This document shows, piece by piece, positions 27,768-36,346 of a DNA stretch of 64,000 nt. Positions within the stretch are counted from its first letter, which is position 1, and each line of letters begins with the position of its first letter. The notes beneath the pieces are model-generated. The model worked only from the letters and a program-made list of their open reading frames with translations. It ran no database searches and was not told where the DNA came from. A program made the position numbers and the translations under genes. The stretch covers positions 5,187 to 69,186 of the forward strand of contig JBKPIY010000005.1 of the NCBI GenBank assembly GCA_046730475.1. The letters are read 5' to 3'. The stretch comes from Actinomycetota bacterium. GTDB lineage: Bacteria > Actinomycetota > Thermoleophilia > Solirubrobacterales > 70-9.

Positions 27768-28943
27768 ATGCGCTCGCCGCTGACAAGCATCCGCGCCCGC
27801 CGCCGCCTCGCGATGGCGCCGGGAATCCTTGCGATGGCGCTGCTGGCGGCGCCCGCGCATACGCAGGCCAACGTGCCATTCAAGCGGATCAGCTCCCCTG
27901 GCCCGATCGAGAGCATCTGGGTCGGCAACGACCTCAGCTGCCAGGCGAAGTTGACCCAGGACAGTGTCAACAGCTTCTTTCCGCCCTCGGTTGCGCCCGG
28001 GGACTGCGGGATCTTCATTGCCAGGGGAGGGGTGATCTACTCCCCGAACTGGGCGCTGCACGCCGACACCGGCGTCGTTCTCAGCTCCGCCGACGGCGTC
28101 CCGTTCACGCCGGGCAGCCAGAGCAACGTGACCGGCTCCGGGACCGCCGCCGACCCGCTCGAGCTCGTCACGGACGCGAGAATCCGGGGACTGACGGTGG
28201 AGCGCATCGACAGCTACGTAATCGGCAGCGACTCCTGGAGCATCAAGATCAGGCTGATCAACGACTCCACCTCGGACGACGTCACCGTCTACCACTCCGG
28301 CGACTGCTACCTGGCTGGCAGCGACTACGGCTACGGCGTCGCCAACGCGACAGCCGGCGCCGTCTTCTGCACCTCCACGCCCAACAACTCCCCCCCCGGC
28401 CGGGTGATCGGCTTCGGCCCCCCGGGCGCCGTCCCCAGTAGCGGCGCCGCGTTCGTGGAGGGCCATTTCTTCGACGACCTGTGGCAGAGCACCAACGGGT
28501 CCCTGTACCCGAAGGTCTGCAAGTGCACTTCCTTCATCGACAACGGTGCCGGGCTGAGCTGGGGGCGGAACGTGCCCGCCAACGGCACGGTCGAGCTGGA
28601 CCTGTCCGCCACGGTCAAGGCGCCCGCAGAGCTTGGCCTCAAGGTGCGCCCGCGACGCGCCCGGGGGAAGGTTGGCAAGACGGTCCGGTTCACGGCGGTG
28701 GTGCAGAACCGGGGGGAGCTTTCCGGAAGGGTCCGCGTGTGCGCAAAGCCGCCCAAGGCGAAGATGAAGCTGAAGGGCAGGCGCTGCCGCTCCGCCACCG
28801 TCGAGGTGGGGGCAAGCGTCAAGCGACGCTTCCGGCTCGTGCCGAAGCCAGCGGCGCGCGGCAAGCGGGTTCGCATCCGCTTCCGTGCCACCTCGCCGAA
28901 CAGCGCGGGGGCACGGGCGAAGGCGACCGTGAAGGTGAAATGA
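27768..28943 (+). CDS. secreted hypothetical protein inside the pilus locus
   Basis: Signal peptide MRSPLTSIRARRRLAMAPGILAMALLAAPAHTQA. The C-terminal roughly 100 aa form a basic Ig/CARDB-like beta domain (KTVRFTAVVQNRGELSGRVRVCA...). ATG at 27768. Confidence 0.6.
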   Translation: MRSPLTSIRARRRLAMAPGILAMALLAAPAHTQANVPFKRISSPGPIESIWVGNDLSCQAKLTQDSVNSFFPPSVAPGDCGIFIARGGVIYSPNWALHADTGVVLSSADGVPFTPGSQSNVTGSGTAADPLELVTDARIRGLTVERIDSYVIGSDSWSIKIRLINDSTSDDVTVYHSGDCYLAGSDYGYGVANATAGAVFCTSTPNNSPPGRVIGFGPPGAVPSSGAAFVEGHFFDDLWQSTNGSLYPKVCKCTSFIDNGAGLSWGRNVPANGTVELDLSATVKAPAELGLKVRPRRARGKVGKTVRFTAVVQNRGELSGRVRVCAKPPKAKMKLKGRRCRSATVEVGASVKRRFRLVPKPAARGKRVRIRFRATSPNSAGARAKATVKVK

Positions 28944-28976
28944 CGACGATCGAGAGCGAGAGGCAAGGACGCTGAA

Positions 28977-30071
28977 ATGGACTTCGATTTCGCACAGGTT
29001 CTGACCCAGATGGTCGAGGAGCGGGCTTCGGACGTTCACCTGACGCCCGGGTTTCCGCCGGCGATCCGAATCCGCGGACGGATTGTGCCGATGGAGGACT
29101 CCCCGGTCCTCTCCCCCCAGCAGACGCGCGACGTCGTCTACAGCATCCTCAACGACGACCAGCGCAAGCGGTTCGAGAACAACAAGCAGCTCGACTTCGC
29201 CTACTCGATCCCCGGGGTGGCCCGGTTCCGGGTCAACTGCTACTTCCAGCGCGGGGCGGTCAGCGCCGCCTTCCGCCACATCCCGACCGACATCCGCAGC
29301 CTCGAGGAGCTCGGGCTTCCGTCGGTCCTCGTCGACCTGACCCGTAAGCCGCGCGGCTTCGTGCTGGTCACCGGGCCGACCGGCTCGGGCAAGACGACCA
29401 CCCTGGCCTCGATGCTCGACATGATCAACGCCGAGCGGGCGGAGCACATCCTCACGATCGAGGACCCGATCGAGTACCTGCACAACCACCGCAAGTGCAT
29501 CGTCAACCAGCGCGAGATCGGGAACGACGCCGATGACTTCGCCCTCGCCCTGAAGGCGGCCCTGCGCCAGGACCCCGACGTGATCCTGGTCGGCGAGATG
29601 CGCGACCTGGAGACGATCTCCACCGCGCTGACGGCTGCCGAGACCGGGCACCTGGTGTTCGCCACCCTGCACACCCAGTCCGCCGCGCAGACGGTCGACC
29701 GGATCATCGACGTGTTTCCCCCTGGTCAGCAGCACCAGGTGCGGATGCAGCTCTCGATCGGGCTCCAGGGGGTCGTGACCCAACAGCTTCTCCCCACCGC
29801 CGACGGCTCCGGCCGGGTGGTCGCCGCCGAGGTGATGATCCCGACCCCGGCGATCCGGAATCTGATCCGCGAGGGCAAGACGCATCAGCTCTACTCCGCG
29901 ATTCAGACCTCGGGCGCCCTGGGCATGCAGACGATGGACGCCCATCTCGCCCAGCTCACGCGGATGGGCAAGATCACCCGCGCCCTGGCCGAGCAGCGCG
30001 CCTCGATCCCCGAGGAGCTCAAGCGGCTGCTGGTGGGGGCCTCGGAGCCGGCCGCGATCAGGGCTGCCTAG
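28977..30071 (+). CDS. pilT: twitching motility ATPase PilT
   Basis: ASDVHLTPGFPPAIRIRG, Walker A VTGPTGSGKTTT, IEDPIEYLH, GHLVFATLHT, and an intact AIRNLIREGK motif. Confidence 0.9.
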   Translation: MDFDFAQVLTQMVEERASDVHLTPGFPPAIRIRGRIVPMEDSPVLSPQQTRDVVYSILNDDQRKRFENNKQLDFAYSIPGVARFRVNCYFQRGAVSAAFRHIPTDIRSLEELGLPSVLVDLTRKPRGFVLVTGPTGSGKTTTLASMLDMINAERAEHILTIEDPIEYLHNHRKCIVNQREIGNDADDFALALKAALRQDPDVILVGEMRDLETISTALTAAETGHLVFATLHTQSAAQTVDRIIDVFPPGQQHQVRMQLSIGLQGVVTQQLLPTADGSGRVVAAEVMIPTPAIRNLIREGKTHQLYSAIQTSGALGMQTMDAHLAQLTRMGKITRALAEQRASIPEELKRLLVGASEPAAIRAA

Positions 30072-30086
30072 CGGAGGGCGGATCGG

Positions 30087-31322
30087 ATGGCTACCTACAC
30101 CTTCCGCGCAGTCGATGTCGCCGGCGTCCCGTCGCGCGGGGAGCTCGACGCCGGCTCCAAGACCCAGGTCTCGGAGAAGCTCCGAGAGCGGGGACTGATC
30201 GTCCTCGACGTCTCCGAGAAGGGGGAGTCGTTCCGGCTCGAGCGGATCGTGGAGCGGTTTCGCGGCGCCCGGCTGCGGGATCTGTCGGTGTTCTCACGGC
30301 AGTTCGCCACCCTCGTCGCCTCGGGGATGCCGATGCTGCGGGCGCTGTTCACGCTCGAGGACCAGACCGATGACGAGATGCTCAAGGACGCTGTCGTGGG
30401 CGTGCGCGAGGACGTCGCCGCCGGGAGCTCGCTGGCGTCGGCACTGGAGCGCCGCCCGAAGGTGTTCGATCCTCTCTACCGGGCGATGGTCCGAAGCGGC
30501 GAGGAGTCAGGGCGCTTGGAGGAGGCCCTCGACCGGCTCGCGTTCCACCTCGAGAAGCTCGACGCTCTGCGGCGCCAGGTTCGCTCGGCGGTCCTGTACC
30601 CGAGCTTCGTCTTCAGCTTCGCGGTCGCGGTGATGCTCGCGGTGGTGGCGTTCATCGTGCCGGTGTTCGCCGGGATCTACGAGGACATCGCGGCCGACTA
30701 TCCGGGCACGAGCGCGCAGCTGCCGCTGCCGACCCGGATCACGGTCAGCGTCTCCCACGCACTCACGCACTACTGGTACCTGATTCTGCCGGTGCTGATC
30801 CTGGCCGTGTTCGCCTTCGTCCAGGTGAAGCGGACCGACCGCGGGCGCCGGGCCTGGGACCGGTTCAAATTGCGGCTGCCGGCCAAGATCGGCGACGTGG
30901 TCCAGAAGGTCGCCCTGGCGCGCTGGTCGCGGACATTCTCGGGCGCCGTCGCCTCCGGCGTCCCGATCCTCCAGGCCGTCAAGATCACCGGCGAGACGGC
31001 CGGCAACTCCCTGATCAAGGACGCGATGGTGGACGTCTACGCCTCCGTCAAGGGCGGCGGCACGATCGCGGCGCCGATCGAGCGCAACGACATGTTCCCG
31101 GCGATGGTCACCAACATGGTCGCGGTGGGCGAGGAGTCCGGCCAGCTCGAGCAGATGCTGACGAAGATTGCCGACTTCTACGAGGCCGAGGTGGACGCCA
31201 AGGTGAAGGCGTTAACTTCGATGATCGAGCCGCTGATGATCATCTTCGTCGGCGCCGGGGTCGGCTTCATCGTGATCTCGATGTACCTGCCGATCTTCGA
31301 CCTCTACGACAAGATCCGCTGA
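30087..31322 (+). CDS. pilC: type IV pilus platform protein PilC (GspF family)
   Basis: Two GspF repeats (FSRQFATLVASGMPMLRAL... and FSGAVASGVPILQAV...), C-terminal IEPLMIIFVGAGVGFIVISMYLPIF. Confidence 0.9.
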   Translation: MATYTFRAVDVAGVPSRGELDAGSKTQVSEKLRERGLIVLDVSEKGESFRLERIVERFRGARLRDLSVFSRQFATLVASGMPMLRALFTLEDQTDDEMLKDAVVGVREDVAAGSSLASALERRPKVFDPLYRAMVRSGEESGRLEEALDRLAFHLEKLDALRRQVRSAVLYPSFVFSFAVAVMLAVVAFIVPVFAGIYEDIAADYPGTSAQLPLPTRITVSVSHALTHYWYLILPVLILAVFAFVQVKRTDRGRRAWDRFKLRLPAKIGDVVQKVALARWSRTFSGAVASGVPILQAVKITGETAGNSLIKDAMVDVYASVKGGGTIAAPIERNDMFPAMVTNMVAVGEESGQLEQMLTKIADFYEAEVDAKVKALTSMIEPLMIIFVGAGVGFIVISMYLPIFDLYDKIR

Positions 31323-31648
31323 CGGGGCCGGCCTCGCCCGTCGCCCCACCCCCGGTCCGGCCTGACGGGGACTGCCGCTGCCCGTCCGGCAAGGTGATCT
31401 CGGAAGCCGGGAGCGGACCATGCGCAGCGCCGAAAGGGTTGGCCCCGGCGCGGCAGACGCTCCCGCTCCAGGCACGAAGCGCCGAGCTATGCCGCCCGCC
31501 GTTCGGGTTAATTCGCGCCCGCCTGCGCCAGTAACGAAAATCGATGTAAACGCAGGTTCTACCTCGACAACCTAATCACTTCTTCGGGACTTGCTAAAGC
31601 GCGGGCGGGCGGCGCCGATACCCACGGTGTAAAGGAAACAGGCCAGGG

Positions 31649-31740
31649 CCCTGGTGCGAAGGGCAAACCCGTCGCGAGGCGGGGGCGCAAAGCCGACGGG
31701 GCTCCACCTCACGGGGGAGCCGGCCGGGCTGCCACCGGGG
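31649..31740 (+). promoter_or_regulatory. candidate c-di-GMP-I (GEMM-I) riboswitch aptamer in the pilA 5' leader
   Basis: P1 stem: CCCUGGUG (31649-56) pairs with CACCGGGG (31733-40). GGGCAAACC at 31661-69. Hairpin CCCGUC-GCGA-GGCGGG (31668-83) with a GNRA loop. GCGCAAAGCC at 31685-94. Second hairpin GGCUCC...GGAGCC (31700-05 / 31716-21). Order and spacing match the Vc2-type aptamer as I recall it. Confidence 0.75.
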
Positions 31741-31807
31741 TCAGACCGACACCGACTGGGAGCGAAGGGGCTCTGGCGCGACAGCAAAGGTTCACAAGGA
31801 GGTACCT

Positions 31808-32263
31808 ATGCTGGTGAAGCTCCGCCAGAGGATGGCCCAGGAGGAATCGGGCTTCACGCTCGTTGAGCTCCTGGTCGTGATGTTGATTCTCGGCCTGCTG
31901 GCCGCGATCGCGATCCCGTCCTTCTTCAACCAGAGGGACAAGGCCAAGGATGCGGATGCCAAGTCGTCGGTGCGCACTGCGCAGACGGCGATCGAGACAT
32001 ACGCTACCGATCACGACGGTAGGTACACGGGCGCAACCGCAGCGCGGCTGAAGGACATCGAGGTGACGCTGAACGACCCGCCCGGCAACACGCTTGCCGT
32101 TAACGTGCCGAGTCCCAGCGCTTACACGGTTACGGTTACATCGAAGACCGGTACCAATTTCTCGATCACCCGTGACAGCACCGGAGCGCTCACGTTTGGG
32201 TGTACTGCCCCTGATAAGGGCGGCTGCCCAGGCCCCGCCGGTGACTGGAGTGGTAACGGCTAG
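31808..32263 (+). CDS. pilA: major type IV pilin (type IVa-like)
   Basis: AAGGAGG lies 5 nt upstream of the ATG. Leader MLVKLRQRMAQEESG, then FTLVELLVVMLILGLLAAIAIPSFF (G/F cleavage site, Glu+5). C-terminal Cys pair CTAPDKGGC (disulfide loop). Confidence 0.9.
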   Translation: MLVKLRQRMAQEESGFTLVELLVVMLILGLLAAIAIPSFFNQRDKAKDADAKSSVRTAQTAIETYATDHDGRYTGATAARLKDIEVTLNDPPGNTLAVNVPSPSAYTVTVTSKTGTNFSITRDSTGALTFGCTAPDKGGCPGPAGDWSGNG

Positions 32264-32279
32264 GACCGTAGGGCGCACA

Positions 32280-32342
32280 GCGGCCTGAGGCCGCACACGG
32301 TGGACTCGAAGGGCGGCGTCTGACCCGGGGTCGCCCTTCGAG
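32280..32342 (+). terminator. two stem-loops directly after pilA (putative partial terminator/attenuator)
   Basis: GCGGCC-TGA-GGCCGC (32280-32294). CTCGAAGGGCG (32305-15) pairs with CGCCCTTCGAG (32332-42). No U-tract. Confidence 0.4.
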
Positions 32343-32364
32343 GCCCACCGACCCGAGAAATCAC

Positions 32365-32964
32365 TTGACCACTGACGACAACATTCGCCGCCGCCGCGAC
32401 CTTCGCTCCGCGAGCGGCTTCACCCTGGTGGAGCTGCTGGTGACGCTGCTGATCTTCGCGGCGATAATGGCGGCCGTCGTCCCGATCATCGTCACCGCGG
32501 TCCGCTCCGAGCCGCGGACGAGCAAGCGGGCGTACGACATCCAGCGCGGGCGGGCCGCGCTGGAGCGCATCATCCGCGACCTTCGCTCCGGCTACAGAAT
32601 CGACACCGCGCTCTCCACCCAGCTCGCCGTCAACACCTACACGCGCAAGGTCACCTGCGGGAGCGACGCCATCCTTGCTCCCGACCAGCCCGCCACCGCC
32701 TGCCGCGTCACCTACTCCTGCAGCGACGCCCAGACCCTGACCCGCTCCGAGAACCCCGTCACGGGCAGCGGCGGCAGCTCCGCCATCCTCGTCCGGGGCC
32801 TCTCCTGCACCAACGTCTTCTTCAATCGGGACGGCTCTCCCCTCGGCTCGACCGCCAGCCCCGACTACGTGCACATCAGGCTGATGTTCCCAGCCCAGGA
32901 CGGCAACGAGGAGATCACGCTCGAGGACGGCGTCGATTTCCGCAATATCACCCCGGGGGTGTGA
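32365..32964 (+). CDS. minor pilin / pseudopilin (prepilin-type N-terminal cleavage/methylation domain)
   Basis: RSASG/FTLVELLVTLLIFAAIMAAVVPIIV, TTG start. Confidence 0.8.
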   Translation: MTTDDNIRRRRDLRSASGFTLVELLVTLLIFAAIMAAVVPIIVTAVRSEPRTSKRAYDIQRGRAALERIIRDLRSGYRIDTALSTQLAVNTYTRKVTCGSDAILAPDQPATACRVTYSCSDAQTLTRSENPVTGSGGSSAILVRGLSCTNVFFNRDGSPLGSTASPDYVHIRLMFPAQDGNEEITLEDGVDFRNITPGV

Positions 32965-34379
32965 CCATGCATGAGGCGCTGACCCGCAGACGAACCCGGC
33001 TCGCGGCGCTCGGTCGAGACCAGTCGGGGATGACCATCGTCGAGCTCCTGGTCACGGCCATCCTCCTGGTGCTGGGCGCGCTCGCGATCTTCCAGGCGCT
33101 GGAGGCGGCGAGCCGCAACGGCTACCGCTCCGAGCAGAGGCAGGTAGCCCTGGACCGCGCTCAGCGCGAGCTCGAGGCGATCCGGAGCCTGCCCTACAAG
33201 GAAGTGGCGATGACCGCCGTCCCGACGGCGAGCGCCGATCAGAACGACCCCCGTAGTCGCGTCAGCGGCACCACCTTCGACCTCAACCGCAGCGGCGGCG
33301 CTCCGGCCCAGATGGTCGTGAACGGCGGCGCCCTCGACACGGGCGGCACCGTCACCGGTGGCGTGGTGGCCCCCGGGCCAGAACACTTTACGAGCGGCGA
33401 CGTCGGCGGCAACATCTACCGCTTCGTCGTCTGGCGAGACGACCCCAGCTGCCCCGCGGCGCTCTGCCCCGGCACCCAGGACCTGAAGAGGGTCGTGGTG
33501 GCGGTTCTGCTCGACAAGGTCGCGATCTCGGGCCAGCACCCCTACGTCGAGATCGCCTCCGACTTCTACAACCCCGACAGGAGCGATCTCAGCAACCCCG
33601 GACCCCCGAACCCGGGCAAGGGCGGCAAGACCACCGTGCAGCAATTCTGGCTCTCCGACACCCCCTGCTCGTCCGGCTCGACGAGTCCCGCCCGGGTGGC
33701 GCCGACCGCAGATCACCTGCTTCACAACACCCTCGGGGACTGCTCGGCCGGCCTCCGGAACGGGGGAACGGCGGGCGCCCCGGATGCGCTCCTGCCGCTT
33801 GCGCCGCCGGACACCGGTGCGCTCACCTACGACTACTCCAGCGACGCCTACCTGGAGCCGACTCCGGCGTACGCCGACCGCGGCGTGCAGATCCTGCGCC
33901 AGGACGCGAACGGCTGCTCGTACGCTCCGCAGGGGGCGACCCCGGAGGCGAAGATCCACCGCTGGGTGTCGCGGCCGGTTCCGGTGGCCTTCACGATGAC
34001 CGGCACCGCCACGCTCGAGGTCTTCTCGAAGACGATCAACAACGCCCGCCACCGCGGCAGGATGTGCGCGTATGCGTTCGTCCGCGGTCTGGTTGGTGGG
34101 CAGATCGTTGACACACCGGTGGTGAATCTCTCCACCTTGCAGCCTTACTTCACCTACTCACCGCCGGGCAACTCGGACTGGCCGCGTAACAAGTGGGACA
34201 AGATCACCATGACGATGAGATTCGACCCGAGGACGCTGTCGGTCGGTGACCGGATCGGAGTGGCGATCAGCGTCGATCGCTCGGACACCCCGGGCGACGC
34301 CCTCCAGTTCCTCTACGACCACTCCCAGTTCCCGTCGCGGTTCGAGGTCGGCACCACAACGCCAATCGGCAACGGCTAA
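32961..34379 (+). CDS. large minor pilin / pseudopilin (prepilin-type N-terminus, 472 aa)
   Basis: RDQSG/MTIVELLVTAILLVLGALAIFQALEA. GTGA overlap with the upstream minor pilin gene. Confidence 0.75.
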   Translation: MTMHEALTRRRTRLAALGRDQSGMTIVELLVTAILLVLGALAIFQALEAASRNGYRSEQRQVALDRAQRELEAIRSLPYKEVAMTAVPTASADQNDPRSRVSGTTFDLNRSGGAPAQMVVNGGALDTGGTVTGGVVAPGPEHFTSGDVGGNIYRFVVWRDDPSCPAALCPGTQDLKRVVVAVLLDKVAISGQHPYVEIASDFYNPDRSDLSNPGPPNPGKGGKTTVQQFWLSDTPCSSGSTSPARVAPTADHLLHNTLGDCSAGLRNGGTAGAPDALLPLAPPDTGALTYDYSSDAYLEPTPAYADRGVQILRQDANGCSYAPQGATPEAKIHRWVSRPVPVAFTMTGTATLEVFSKTINNARHRGRMCAYAFVRGLVGGQIVDTPVVNLSTLQPYFTYSPPGNSDWPRNKWDKITMTMRFDPRTLSVGDRIGVAISVDRSDTPGDALQFLYDHSQFPSRFEVGTTTPIGNG

Positions 34380-35140
34380 TGGCACCCCTCGCGGTGGCGG
34401 CCGGCGTCGGCGGACTGATCGCCGGCAGCTTCGTCAGCGTGGTCGCCCATCGCGTTCCGCGCGGGCTCTCGATAGTCGCCCCGCGCTCCCAATGTCCCTC
34501 CTGCGGCTCCCAGATCGCGGCGTACGACAACGTCCCGGTGCTCTCGTGGCTCGCCCTGCGGGGCCGCTGCCGGCGGTGTGGGCATGGGATCCCGGCACGC
34601 TATCCGCTCCTGGAGCTGGGCCTCGGCGCGCTGTTCGCCGCCACCGCCTTGGTCCTGCGCTCTGATCCCTTGCAGGTCGCACTCGGGCTGGTGCTGGTGG
34701 CGACCCTGGCGGCGGTGACCCTGACCGACTTGGAACGGCGGGTGATCCCGAACCGGATCCTGCTCGTGGCCGCGGCGATCGGGCTCGCGGTGATGGCGGC
34801 CGCCGATCCGGGCATCGTCCCGGGCCGCCTCGCCTGGGCGGCGGCGGCGGGAGGGGGGCTGCTGATCGTGGCGCTCGTCTACCCCCGCGGCATGGGGATG
34901 GGCGACGTCAAGCTGACCGCCTTGATGGGGCTCTACCTTGGGCGGGCGGTGGCGCCCGCGATCTTGGTGGCGCTGGCGGCGGGCGCGATCGTCGGCATCG
35001 CGCTGATGGTCCGCGACGGCGCCGGGGCCCGCAAGCGGACGGTGCCGTTCGGGCCGTTCCTCGCCCTCGGGGGAGTGGTCGGACTGCTGGTCGGCGGGTC
35101 GCTCGTCGACTGGTACTTGACCGGCTTCGCTCCCCAGTAA
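34379..35140 (+). CDS. pilD: prepilin peptidase (A24 family)
   Basis: PRSQCPSCGSQIAAYDNVPVLSWLALRGRCRRCGHGIPARYPLLEL (Zn-ribbon N-domain) and the catalytic Asp context GMGMGDVKL. One-nt overlap (TAATG) with the upstream gene. Confidence 0.9.
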   Translation: MAPLAVAAGVGGLIAGSFVSVVAHRVPRGLSIVAPRSQCPSCGSQIAAYDNVPVLSWLALRGRCRRCGHGIPARYPLLELGLGALFAATALVLRSDPLQVALGLVLVATLAAVTLTDLERRVIPNRILLVAAAIGLAVMAAADPGIVPGRLAWAAAAGGGLLIVALVYPRGMGMGDVKLTALMGLYLGRAVAPAILVALAAGAIVGIALMVRDGAGARKRTVPFGPFLALGGVVGLLVGGSLVDWYLTGFAPQ

Positions 35141-35215
35141 TCGGTAACTACGCCTTTTGGGGTAAAGCAGCCGCCGCCGCCCGCCGATGGAAGCCCGGTA
35201 AGGAGATCCGAGGGA

Positions 35216-36343
35216 ATGCTGACTAGAACAAGATCCGGCCTGGTGGGCCTCGACTTCGGCGCGGACAGCGTCGCCGCCGTTGCCGTCACCTCGAACGGCT
35301 CCCCCAAGGTGGAGCGGACGGCGATCGCCCCGCTCGAGCCGGGGCTGGTCAACGAGGGCGACGTGGTGGACGTCGCCGGGCTGGCGAGCGCCGTGCGGCG
35401 GCTGTTCGACGAGAACCGACTGTCCAAGAACGTGCGCCTCGGGGTGGCCAACCAGCGGGTCACGATGCGCACCATCCGCCTCCCTTTGATCGAGGACGAC
35501 GGCGAGCTCGACACGGCGATCCGGTTCAAGGCCCAGGACGCGATCCCGATGCCGCTCGAGAACGCCGTGCTCGACTACCAGGTGGTCGGGCGGGGCAAGG
35601 GCGAAGCCGGCGAGCGCTGGATGGACGTCGCCGCCGTTGCCGGCCGCCGCGACATGCTCTTGACCGCCGTCGAGACGCTGCGTGAGGCGGGGCTGCGCCC
35701 GGTGGGGATCGATCTCTCCGCCTTCGGGATGCTCCGCGCCCTCGCACCTTCATCGGACGGCGAGGACGCGGCGGCCCCGGCGACCCTGTACTGCCACTTC
35801 GGCGACGTCACCAACCTGGCCGTCGCCCGGGGGGCGAGCTGCCTGTTCACGCGGGTGGCCGCGTTCGGCTACGAGGACATCGTCGGGCGGCTCGCCGAGC
35901 GCTGCGCGATCCCGGTCGGGGACGCGCGCGCGGTGCTGCGCGAGGCGCGATTCAAGCCGGCCCCCGTCCAGCCCGCCTCGCCCGCGAGCGACCAGCCTTC
36001 GGAGTGGATCGCCGACCCCGGCCGGCGGCCCCGGTCGGAAGAGGGCGAGCCGGGCGAAAGCGAGGAGCGGCGGATCGCTGGGGAGCTGTTGGGGGAGGGC
36101 GCCGCCAAGCTCGCCGATGAGATCAGGCATTCGCTGGAGGCCTATGGCGCCCAGGAGGGCGCGGCGGCCGTCGATCGGCTCGTGCTCTGCGGCCCCGGCA
36201 GCACCGTTCTTGGCCTCGAGGAGCGCCTCGAGCAATCGCTCGGCTATGCGGTCGAGTCGAGGTTTCCCGCTGCCCTCGCCAGCCTCCCCGACGCCGAGGC
36301 GGCTCGAGCCCTGGTTCCCTACGGCTTGGCCCTGGAGGAGTAG
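35216..36343 (+). CDS. pilM: type IV pilus assembly protein PilM (actin-like ATPase fold)
   Basis: LVGLDFGADSVAAVAV..., AIPMPLENAVLDYQVVG, GIDLSAFGMLRAL, LVLCGPGS. AAGGAG is upstream. Confidence 0.85.
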   Translation: MLTRTRSGLVGLDFGADSVAAVAVTSNGSPKVERTAIAPLEPGLVNEGDVVDVAGLASAVRRLFDENRLSKNVRLGVANQRVTMRTIRLPLIEDDGELDTAIRFKAQDAIPMPLENAVLDYQVVGRGKGEAGERWMDVAAVAGRRDMLLTAVETLREAGLRPVGIDLSAFGMLRALAPSSDGEDAAAPATLYCHFGDVTNLAVARGASCLFTRVAAFGYEDIVGRLAERCAIPVGDARAVLREARFKPAPVQPASPASDQPSEWIADPGRRPRSEEGEPGESEERRIAGELLGEGAAKLADEIRHSLEAYGAQEGAAAVDRLVLCGPGSTVLGLEERLEQSLGYAVESRFPAALASLPDAEAARALVPYGLALEE

Positions 36344-36346
36344 GCG

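Noticed and set aside
27687-29945. 752-aa minus-strand ORF spanning the secreted-protein gene and pilT
   Set aside because: It crosses two well-supported plus-strand genes, has a low-complexity R/G/P/A/D composition and contains no recognisable domain.
31572-31866. Short ORFs 31572-31787 (minus) and 31654-31866 (plus) in the pilC-pilA gap
   Set aside because: They overlap the riboswitch-like structure and the pilA SD and start. They show no codon bias and no motifs.
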